From a virus (Duplodnaviria; Heunggongvirae; Uroviricota; Caudoviricetes), in the IMG/VR virus record IMGVR_UViG_3300030294_000003: 64,000 nucleotides of DNA. One strand, given 5' to 3'. This document shows, piece by piece, positions 28,644 to 36,409 of this stretch. The position numbers were made by a program, and so were the translations under genes. The notes beneath the pieces are model-generated. The model ran no database searches. It was not told the origin of the DNA and saw only the letters and a list, made by a program, of their open reading frames with translations. Position 1 is the first letter of the stretch; every line of letters starts with the position of its first letter.

Positions 28644-29003
28644 TTACATATAAATATAGTAATCATATACTATTAACATCGGTTTATCTAAAGAAAATTT
28701 ATGAGCATTATTAAAATATGCATTATTAAAAACTATTTTATTCTTATTTTCAGTCTCATAATCTTCTAATTGAACATTTTTAGCAACGTCTCGTTTGTAT
28801 GGAACTCCTTCCTTTCGTTTGCTGAATATATATCCTGGCCAGTAACTATTAATCCATCCACTTATCTCATTAAAACATGTTTTGTCATTACATGGTTTAA
28901 TAAATGTTAAAAATATTTCCCCTGGGTTAGCTAATGCTTCTTCATCATCGATTAGTACTATCCATTCCTGTCCTGGTGGTATTGTTAATTTACATTTTTT
29001 CAT
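28644..29003 (-). CDS. Hypothetical protein
   Basis: 119-aa ORF. Confidence 0.6.
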   Translation of the reverse strand: MKKCKLTIPPGQEWIVLIDDEEALANPGEIFLTFIKPCNDKTCFNEISGWINSYWPGYIFSKRKEGVPYKRDVAKNVQLEDYETENKNKIVFNNAYFNNAHKFSLDKPMLIVYDYYIYM

Positions 29004-29068
29004 ATTTAGTTTATATTAGTTTCTGTAACTATATTATTAATATAGTTCTGGTGGTTATATTAAACTAT

Positions 29069-29449
29069 TTAATTATTTTTTTTAATTACTGTATTATAAT
29101 ATAATTCTGCTGAACCCCATTCCAGGCAAGCAGCTGTATCAATATAATGTGGTCGATCTATTTTATCTTTTACTAAATCATATCTTGGTATAAAAAATTC
29201 TAAATATTTTTCTAAATTAGGCTCTTTAGAATAATAATGCATATATAATAACTTAAGAGATAATATTACTTCGTAAAATAAACTAAAATCATTCCGATTT
29301 TCACCAATAATTTTATTATACATATTTTCACAATGGATAGCCAAAAATAGACTTTCTGATATTGGTATTCCGTTAAACCCATAATTAATCTTTCTTCTCC
29401 ACTTCCTAATTAATTTTTCCTCTTCTTTTGTAAATGGTACTGTTTTCAT
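29069..29449 (-). CDS. Hypothetical protein
   Basis: 126-aa ORF. Confidence 0.6.
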   Translation of the reverse strand: MKTVPFTKEEEKLIRKWRRKINYGFNGIPISESLFLAIHCENMYNKIIGENRNDFSLFYEVILSLKLLYMHYYSKEPNLEKYLEFFIPRYDLVKDKIDRPHYIDTAACLEWGSAELYYNTVIKKNN

Positions 29450-29452
29450 AAT

Positions 29453-29677
29453 TTATTTTAAACCTATTAATGAAGTATCCGAATGACCACTTTCTAATTT
29501 TAATTTTATTACTTTATTATACCACACATCAAATTCTTCAAAAGATTTGACAAGATTCTCAACGTTTAATTTATGTTCATCAGTCGTATCCTCCAAATAT
29601 GGGAAAACTTTCATATCTTCCAAAAATGTTTCCCAGCCTAAATCAATTGTTTTATCATAATCATATTTATTTCCCAT
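29453..29677 (-). CDS. Hypothetical protein
   Basis: 74-aa ORF. Confidence 0.6.
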   Translation of the reverse strand: MGNKYDYDKTIDLGWETFLEDMKVFPYLEDTTDEHKLNVENLVKSFEEFDVWYNKVIKLKLESGHSDTSLIGLK

Positions 29678-29685
29678 ATTTTAAA

Positions 29686-30150
29686 TTAATAACAATTGTT
29701 AAATTCCACAATTTGTTCTTCACCCATATCCTCATATACCTCATCATATGCTTTATCGCTAAAATGATGTAGAAAAGAATGGTTGTATTCGTGTCCATCT
29801 GGATATTTACTCATAAAATCAACTATTATTTTTGGATCATCAATTATTTCAATATCGTTTTCATCAAGTGTGTTATATACATCCGAATGTTTACCCGCGA
29901 TTTCACCAAAATAGATGGTTTTCCCTATAATGTATTTTAAAATTGTCTCTATGTTTGATGCTGGTAAAACTATTCTTTCAATAATACCCTCACTAAAACC
30001 TCTCCAACCTCTCCACTCCATTTTTAAAAGTCGTAAATTATCTAACTTAATTTTTTCTAAGTTACATTTTTCGATGATTTCACTTAAGCTTATAAAATGT
30101 TGGTCATTGATTGTTATGCCGTTAAATTGATATGTGATTTCTTGTTTCAT
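29686..30150 (-). CDS. Conserved hypothetical phage protein
   Basis: YFGEIAGKHSDV motif; 154 aa. Confidence 0.7.
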   Translation of the reverse strand: MKQEITYQFNGITINDQHFISLSEIIEKCNLEKIKLDNLRLLKMEWRGWRGFSEGIIERIVLPASNIETILKYIIGKTIYFGEIAGKHSDVYNTLDENDIEIIDDPKIIVDFMSKYPDGHEYNHSFLHHFSDKAYDEVYEDMGEEQIVEFNNCY

Positions 30151-30167
30151 AATTAGTATTTTATTTA

Positions 30168-30416
30168 TTAAAATTTTTTAATAAGTTCTTTTTTATCTAA
30201 ATATTCAAAATATGTTAATGCAAGTGTAAGTGGCTCCCAGTATAACTCAGTACCTAACTTTTCCCAAATATATTTAACATATTTAGCATTAATTTCACGG
30301 CTTCCAAACCGTTTTAACTCATCTTCAATATATGTTATTTGTGAATCTCTTAATCCGAATGTTACTTTTGAATTACCTAGCTTTTCGATAAGTGACTCCA
30401 TTATTTTATTTTCCAT
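30168..30416 (-). CDS. Hypothetical protein
   Basis: 82-aa ORF. Confidence 0.65.
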   Translation of the reverse strand: MENKIMESLIEKLGNSKVTFGLRDSQITYIEDELKRFGSREINAKYVKYIWEKLGTELYWEPLTLALTYFEYLDKKELIKKF

Positions 30417-30618
30417 TTTTTATTAATTTTAAAATTTCATCACTATTCGGAAAATCATCAATACCCATATATTCAGACCCAAGTAATAATGATACACCAA
30501 ACCTATAAGCTACATTTTCAAGTTCAATATTTGACTCTACTGTTGTTTTTCCATATGATTTATCTCTAAACCCTTAATAATACCAAGCTAATAAATTTTC
30601 GTCTTCTATGTTATACAT
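30406..30618 (-). pseudogene. 70-codon ORF interrupted by one in-frame TAA
   Basis: MYNIEDENLLAWYY*GFRDKSYGK...EILKLIKNGK; TAA at 30574-30576; fills the gap and overlaps both neighbours. Confidence 0.6.
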
Positions 30619-30799
30619 TTTTTAAGTATTTATAGTATTCTTCCTCTTGTTCTTTATAGTATTCGTTTTGCATATCAAGATAACATTCTTTGAAGTATTC
30701 ATTTTCCTGTTGTTTACAATAACTTTCCATTTCATCGTAACGTTCGTTTATTTCATCTTCAATAGCCTGTTGGCTTCCTAAATAGTTTTCATTGTTCAT
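30611..30799 (-). CDS. Small acidic hypothetical protein
   Basis: 62-aa E/Y-rich ORF. Confidence 0.55.
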   Translation of the reverse strand: MNNENYLGSQQAIEDEINERYDEMESYCKQQENEYFKECYLDMQNEYYKEQEEEYYKYLKNV

Positions 30800-31568
30800 A
30801 TTTTTCTATACGTTTATTAATTATATCACAATATTCGCTTGATATTTCGCTTCCAATCCAATCTCTATTATTTTTAATTGCCATTTTAGCAGTCGTTCCA
30901 CTTCCCATAAAAGGATCGTAGACTAAATCCCCTTCGTTAGACCAACTGACTATATGATCGTTAGCTAATTGTTCTGGGAAAATAGCAGGGTGTTGAAATG
31001 CAACTTCATCTAAGCTGCTTTTACCTTTTCCCACTTTATACTTCCATATATTAGTTCTTCTGCCAAACTCACCATATCCACCACGAGAAACCTGTTTAAG
31101 AGTTCCATCTATTAATCTCTTAGTCCCATTGTCTCCATTTCTGGACTCTTTGTTTTCTCTGTCGAGAAGTAGATTTATGGTTCCGATTTTACCCTTGGAA
31201 AATACAAACATATACTCAAAAGCCTGCCAATACGATTTGTTATTTCCACAAGCCCCACGCGGAGGTTTCTCATATATCATTGTATCATGCAAATTAAAAC
31301 CACATTGCATAAAGTATAATGCCTGTTTAAACGATGTTCCAGATTCACTACCTTTAATTGTTGCATCACCAACTATCCAAACTACAACTCCACCAACTTT
31401 TGTAACTCTATATAATTCTTTAGCTACATTTTCAAAATCAAAACAATATCCATTATATGTCCTTAATTTATCATATGGTGGCGATGTTATTGTTAAATCA
31501 ATAAATTCGTTTGACATGTGTGACATTGTTTCTAAACAATCTTCATTATAGTTTTTGTTAATCTCCAA
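30789..31568 (-). CDS. DNA methyltransferase, N4-cytosine/N6-adenine beta class
   Basis: TSPPY, HPAIFP, DPFMGSGTT; probable TTG start (M)EINKNYNEDCL with GGAGG 8 nt upstream. Confidence 0.9.
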   Translation of the reverse strand: MEINKNYNEDCLETMSHMSNEFIDLTITSPPYDKLRTYNGYCFDFENVAKELYRVTKVGGVVVWIVGDATIKGSESGTSFKQALYFMQCGFNLHDTMIYEKPPRGACGNNKSYWQAFEYMFVFSKGKIGTINLLLDRENKESRNGDNGTKRLIDGTLKQVSRGGYGEFGRRTNIWKYKVGKGKSSLDEVAFQHPAIFPEQLANDHIVSWSNEGDLVYDPFMGSGTTAKMAIKNNRDWIGSEISSEYCDIINKRIEKYEQ

Positions 31569-32073
31569 TTTCAACCCCTCCTTCAATTTCATTGCCCCAC
31601 GAACTCCAATTTTCAGCTGTGGTCCGAGCAAACATCTCCAATCTATTAGCGTTTGGAAACCATTTTTCAATCATTTCGCGTACAATTAATGGTTTTTTAC
31701 TGTGTTTCGTTCGTTTCTCGCGTATTACACTGCTATCTCTGACACTTGGTTCAGGGGGTGAAAAATGACCCTTTGTGGCAACAATTAGTATCTCATGTTG
31801 ACCACGAAACCAATAGCCCATACCTTTTATTTCTTTATCCCAAACGGCCTGCGTTTTGTATGTAAATCCCCAGGCTTCTATGACTTTTAAGGCCTCAAGC
31901 AATTTTGGAGCTGTTGCCCACAAATAGAGAACTGAATTATCAGCTGAAGGCACATTTAAAGCACATATTTCATCGACTGTCATTGTTGGGTAATTTTTCT
32001 CAATCGATCTACTTGTTGATTTTGAAAAACTATACTGCCAGGCTGGATCTGCGTAAATTACGTCGTATTTCAT
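31558..32073 (-). CDS. MT-A70 family adenine methyltransferase
   Basis: YDVIYADPAW, LYLWAT, WGF.YK...WDK, HSKKP, LEMFAR, WGNE. Confidence 0.9.
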   Translation of the reverse strand: MKYDVIYADPAWQYSFSKSTSRSIEKNYPTMTVDEICALNVPSADNSVLYLWATAPKLLEALKVIEAWGFTYKTQAVWDKEIKGMGYWFRGQHEILIVATKGHFSPPEPSVRDSSVIREKRTKHSKKPLIVREMIEKWFPNANRLEMFARTTAENWSSWGNEIEGGVEIGD

Positions 32074-32076
32074 ATT

Positions 32077-32454
32077 TTATAATTGTAGAGTTAATAAATC
32101 CTTAACTTCGATTGGATTCAACCATCTATTAAAAAGAACGTTGGTTTCAATTTCTTTTATTTTATTTTTAAGTTTTTCAATTGTTTCAACTACTCTAATG
32201 TCTATTGCTATCGTGATAGTTTCTAATTTAAAGGCACAGTTTTTTAATGATTCTACTTCTTCATTAAATTCTTTTTCTTTAAGATTAATATAAAGTTGGT
32301 AATCATATCCAAATTTAGTTGGTTCCAATTCTTTAAGCATTATCCACTGATCATACGATGCTGGCTTGTATTTATCTACTGGGATTGTTTTATCTATTTC
32401 AATTAAATAGTGTAATGTGATAGGGTAATAAGATATTCCTTCTATTATTTTCAT
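32077..32454 (-). CDS. Hypothetical protein
   Basis: 125-aa ORF. Confidence 0.6.
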   Translation of the reverse strand: MKIIEGISYYPITLHYLIEIDKTIPVDKYKPASYDQWIMLKELEPTKFGYDYQLYINLKEKEFNEEVESLKNCAFKLETITIAIDIRVVETIEKLKNKIKEIETNVLFNRWLNPIEVKDLLTLQL

Positions 32455-32643
32455 TTATTTGCTTATTTTATAACAATCTTTAATGGTCTCATCTTCAATT
32501 TCACAAATTATACTTCCAGTTACTTTCCCTTTAGAGTCTATCCAGTCGCATCCATCTGGAGATAACCACTTATAGTTGATCCTTTCACCATATAAATTGG
32601 CAACTTCTTTTATAGTTAAATATTTTATTGTTTGGTCTTTCAT
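32455..32643 (-). CDS. Hypothetical protein
   Basis: 62-aa ORF after promoter. Confidence 0.55.
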   Translation of the reverse strand: MKDQTIKYLTIKEVANLYGERINYKWLSPDGCDWIDSKGKVTGSIICEIEDETIKDCYKISK

Positions 32644-32667
32644 TTTTATTTTCCTAATTTATTTTAA

Positions 32668-32701
32668 ACAAATATACTAATAATATTTTAATAAAACAAG
32701 T
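32668..32701 (-). promoter_or_regulatory. Bacteroidota-type promoter
   Basis: Minus strand ACTTGTTTT...GTATATTTGT. Confidence 0.8.
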
Positions 32702-32715
32702 ATTTTTATCTTAAA

Positions 32716-33498
32716 CTATAATAAAACTTTTTTATTACTAATTACAGAGTTAAAACCATTACTGATACTATCATATTTAAGTATATATTCTGATTCTACT
32801 TTAAAAATTTCACTATCACCTATGTTTGATGGTAATTCCTCTAAAACTTCAAATGTCCAATCACTTAATTTTGTTGATCTGAGGTATATTCCAAATGGGC
32901 TGCTTGAATGCGTTAGATGATTCCACCACCTAAAAAATGGTGCGTTTCGTGTTTTACCTACATAACATTTATTGGTTGATTTTTCGGTACACTTGTAAAT
33001 GTAATTTGGTGAATCAGTTTTAATGTAGTTTTCATCGTCTGGAAACTCAATGTTTTTATATTTATCTTTCTTATAATTATTTAAACAAATATCATCATCA
33101 CTCCTACAAAACAATATTTCTGAACCGAATAATCTTTCACTAATCCTTGGTTTTGAAACATATTTATTTTCATGAATTTGACCACAGCTATTACATACCC
33201 AAGAACCCTCAGTAATTAACTTTTTTTCATATTCATAAAGAGGAAATATGATTACATAAAAGAATTGAGCCTGATCTTTTGTTTCTTTTTCGTAAACCTT
33301 CCCAGTTGGGAAAAATTGTGGGTATTTTTCTAATAATATTTGTTTAACCTCTGCTTTATCTTTTGCCATTATAATTGGCTCCCTAATAACTTCAACCGTA
33401 TCAAATCCACTACTAAAATATTCATCTTTTGAAATAATTGATTTAACGACTCGAATGAAAGCCTTGAAATATAATAATTCTTTTTCTTCTTCTATCAT
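32716..33498 (-). CDS. Protein with C-terminal GIY-YIG nuclease domain
   Basis: YIYKC...CYVGKT..R...H...F..EVLEE...E...I...GFN. Confidence 0.8.
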   Translation of the reverse strand: MIEEEKELLYFKAFIRVVKSIISKDEYFSSGFDTVEVIREPIIMAKDKAEVKQILLEKYPQFFPTGKVYEKETKDQAQFFYVIIFPLYEYEKKLITEGSWVCNSCGQIHENKYVSKPRISERLFGSEILFCRSDDDICLNNYKKDKYKNIEFPDDENYIKTDSPNYIYKCTEKSTNKCYVGKTRNAPFFRWWNHLTHSSSPFGIYLRSTKLSDWTFEVLEELPSNIGDSEIFKVESEYILKYDSISNGFNSVISNKKVLL

Positions 33499-33509
33499 AT
33501 CTGATTTAG

Positions 33510-34685
33510 TTAATTATTTTCTTTAACCCACTTTTCGTACATTTTTACCTCATTGTTCTTTAAGTTGTTGAACGTAGAAAAAAACGAAGCAAACTTATTT
33601 TCGTTAAGTAGTTCGTCAATTCCATCGCGTAACATAAGTTTATATAGATTTGATAATGATCTACCGTCGGGGTCTATCGGTGAATACATTAAATTGTTTA
33701 GTTGTTCAATAGCATCTGGTGTCAATAATGGTTTTTTTAAATTTATAATTTTTTCGTTGATTTCGAAAAGTTTTTTTCCTTGCATTCCAACTGTCTCTTG
33801 ATTTATAATATTTAAACATTTTACAAATGGTTTTTTCTTTTCGGATACCCTTTTTTGATTGATTTCTTTGGCTCTTGCAATTACCTCCCATAAATATACT
33901 TCTCTTGTGGCTATCTCTGGCATAATTTCCATTAACCCATCTTCAGATAACCCTTTCACGCCCTTGATGTTATCACTGGTATCTCCGCACAATATTTTCC
34001 GTAAAGCTACATTTTTATAATTGTAACCGAATGTTTCACTGAAATTTTTGGTTGATATAAATTTTTTCAATCGCGGAATATATATACATATTTGTTCATT
34101 TATTAATTGTGATACGTCCATATCTCCGCTTACAAGATAAGTTAAATCATTCGATTTTTTATTTAAACAGTAAAACGCTAAATGATCATCTCCTTCTATG
34201 TTATTACTTGATACTTGCCTCACAAAAAGCTCCTCTAAATAGGCTTGTAAAATTGCTTTCTGTCTATGAAAATCTTCTTTCTCTGTTAATTTAGATTCAA
34301 TTTTTTCTTTATTCTTTCTACTGTATTCTAATGTTCTTTTCACGAATGCATCCATTTGGTCATAATAATCTGAATGAACATTATCATTTGAAAAATTTTT
34401 ATGCCTATTTTCTTTGTATTCTGGATATATATCATGTCTTAATTGACCACTAACACCCTCATCCCAAGCAACATATGCAAAATCAAAATCGCGTTTTGAT
34501 AATAAAATTTTTAATTGAAGTAAAAATTGAAATACCCCGCCATATGGTTGCCCTTTTGTATTTATCTTTGTATCGGCATTCCAACTTAATTGTAAAAGCG
34601 AATCTCCATCAATAAATAATGTGTATGTGCTTTTTTCTGGTATTTCGTGAGTTTCAGAAATTTTCTTTGGGATTGGTTGAGCCAT
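33510..34685 (-). CDS. 5'-3' exonuclease / flap endonuclease (T4 RNase H, PolI N-terminal-like)
   Basis: IDGDSL, WD, YKENR, EGDD, SGDMD, CGDTSDNIKGVKG. Confidence 0.9.
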   Translation of the reverse strand: MAQPIPKKISETHEIPEKSTYTLFIDGDSLLQLSWNADTKINTKGQPYGGVFQFLLQLKILLSKRDFDFAYVAWDEGVSGQLRHDIYPEYKENRHKNFSNDNVHSDYYDQMDAFVKRTLEYSRKNKEKIESKLTEKEDFHRQKAILQAYLEELFVRQVSSNNIEGDDHLAFYCLNKKSNDLTYLVSGDMDVSQLINEQICIYIPRLKKFISTKNFSETFGYNYKNVALRKILCGDTSDNIKGVKGLSEDGLMEIMPEIATREVYLWEVIARAKEINQKRVSEKKKPFVKCLNIINQETVGMQGKKLFEINEKIINLKKPLLTPDAIEQLNNLMYSPIDPDGRSLSNLYKLMLRDGIDELLNENKFASFFSTFNNLKNNEVKMYEKWVKENN

Positions 34686-34919
34686 GTTTTTTAATTTATT
34701 ATTTGGTTAAATTCATTATCTAAAATTTTCTTTATTTCAATATCATTTGATGCACCATTTCTATAAAAGATATATTCAATATCAGGATTTGGTATTATTT
34801 GTTTAGTTTTATTCATCTATTTTTTGTTATTATTTCCATTATTTGAGTATATTTTTCTGATTTACAGCTAATACTATCTGAAATAAATGAACCCCTATCT
34901 TTTTGATGATATAACCTAA

Positions 34920-36214
34920 TTGACTTACTCCCACAGATAAATCAGTGGAATTCTACCGTCAGGCGCAGTTTGCCACCAGCAAGCTGGGGGTCTTACAACT
35001 ACTAAGGTATTCGACAAAGCCCTGTCGATGTATATTTATTGCTGCATTTAAATCCCTATCTATCTCCACTCCGCAGGATGGACAGATGAAAGTTCTATCT
35101 TCTAATCTAAGTCCTTTATGCTTGTTTCCACATTCACTACAAGTTTTTGAAGAAGCGTACCATTGATCTATCTGATAAATATTATTTTTATATTTTAAAG
35201 ACACTTCTTTTAATATATAAATAAATGAAGCGTGACAAAGGTCACTAACTTTTCTTCCCCACAGTCTTTTCATTCCATCTAAATTCAGAGTTTCTAAAAA
35301 AATGAGATCGTATTTTCGACAAAGTTCATGAGCAAGCTTATACTGATAATCAGAACGACGATTTGTTATCTTTTTATAGGCTCTGACAAGGGTTTTCCTT
35401 GCCTTATTCCCATTTGAAGATAAAACGGTAATATCGACCATCTTTTTCCACTTAGTACTATATTTCTGCTTTCCAGTCTTAACTCTACCCTTAGAAGAGA
35501 GTTTATTATGTAGTTTTTTAATTTTCTTTATATCCTTTTTAAAGAATAAAGGGGAAATACTACTTTCTCCATCGGACATCGTTAGATATGTTTTTAATCC
35601 GAAATCAATTCCTACTGATGCACCATCGTGTGTCTTTGAGTAAAAATTTTTATTTCTAACATCTTCTTCTGATGTGATGGTTAAATAAAAGTCACCTAGT
35701 TTATCACGTTTAAGTCTAATTAGTTTAGGAGTTCCATAATCTCTCGATTTAAAGAACTTAAAACTATGTTTAAGTTTATTAATGTAAAGTTTATTTTCTG
35801 TCAACAGGTATCCACCTTGTTTAAAAACAAAGGAAGAGAAACTGAAACCAGATTTAAATTTAGGTGGTCTTTTCTGTTTCTTTTTAAAAAAACGAACATA
35901 AGAAGTATCTAATCTTTGTATGATTTCCTGTATGGTCTGCGACCCCATTAATTTAAGAAAATCGTTTTTAGGGACAATCTTCTTTGCAAAATGGGATTGC
36001 ATTTTAGATGAGTTAATATAAGATCCATATAAACTATAATATCGTTTTTGAAGAGCAAGACAATGATTCCAAACAAAAGCGGAGCTTCTGCACAGATCAT
36101 GGAGTTTTATATTCCATTTGACATTATTATATAGTTTATATTTATATGTGATCACTTAATTTAAATTGTACATATCCTTTATTTAAAGGGCTTTCGTATT
36201 TATATTCGTTTTTC
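34920..36214 (-). mobile_element. Non-autonomous tnpB-only IS200/IS605-family element with IS608-like ends
   Basis: Right end GAAT-TCCACTGATTTATCTGTGGGAGTAAG-TCAA; tentative left end TTAC|...AAAG-CCCTTT-AAAT-AAAGG; no tnpA in window. Confidence 0.75.
34959..36155 (-). CDS. tnpB: RNA-guided endonuclease TnpB
   Basis: TYKYKLY HTH start, GIDFG / FLETL / DRDLNAA RuvC triad, CSEC..CPSC zinc finger; GTG start. Confidence 0.93.
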   Translation of the reverse strand: MITYKYKLYNNVKWNIKLHDLCRSSAFVWNHCLALQKRYYSLYGSYINSSKMQSHFAKKIVPKNDFLKLMGSQTIQEIIQRLDTSYVRFFKKKQKRPPKFKSGFSFSSFVFKQGGYLLTENKLYINKLKHSFKFFKSRDYGTPKLIRLKRDKLGDFYLTITSEEDVRNKNFYSKTHDGASVGIDFGLKTYLTMSDGESSISPLFFKKDIKKIKKLHNKLSSKGRVKTGKQKYSTKWKKMVDITVLSSNGNKARKTLVRAYKKITNRRSDYQYKLAHELCRKYDLIFLETLNLDGMKRLWGRKVSDLCHASFIYILKEVSLKYKNNIYQIDQWYASSKTCSECGNKHKGLRLEDRTFICPSCGVEIDRDLNAAINIHRQGFVEYLSSCKTPSLLVANCA

Positions 36215-36220
36215 GTAATT

Positions 36221-36409
36221 TTATTCACCAAAAATTTTTATTTTGTATTTTCCAGCTTTATTCAATATTTTATGCCTTAACTCTTATGTTATCTCACCAC
36301 TTTCTGACAGGTTATCAATTTCTACGAGGATTAAATGTCTACTTTCTTCAAGATATTTACAATATTCTTCAGAAGTCAAAACTCCAGCAATAATTTTTTC
36401 GTTTTTCAT
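36221..36409 (-). pseudogene. Small ORF with one internal TAA (or a 41-aa ORF)
   Basis: ATGA overlap with Clp stop; MKNEKII...SGEIT*ELRHKILNKAGKYKIKIFGE; TAA at 36284-36286. Confidence 0.4.

Noticed and set aside
36197-36204. TATTTATA motif as late promoter for tnpB
   Set aside because: It lies on the + strand, opposite to tnpB; on the tnpB strand it reads TATAAATA and is within the IS left end.
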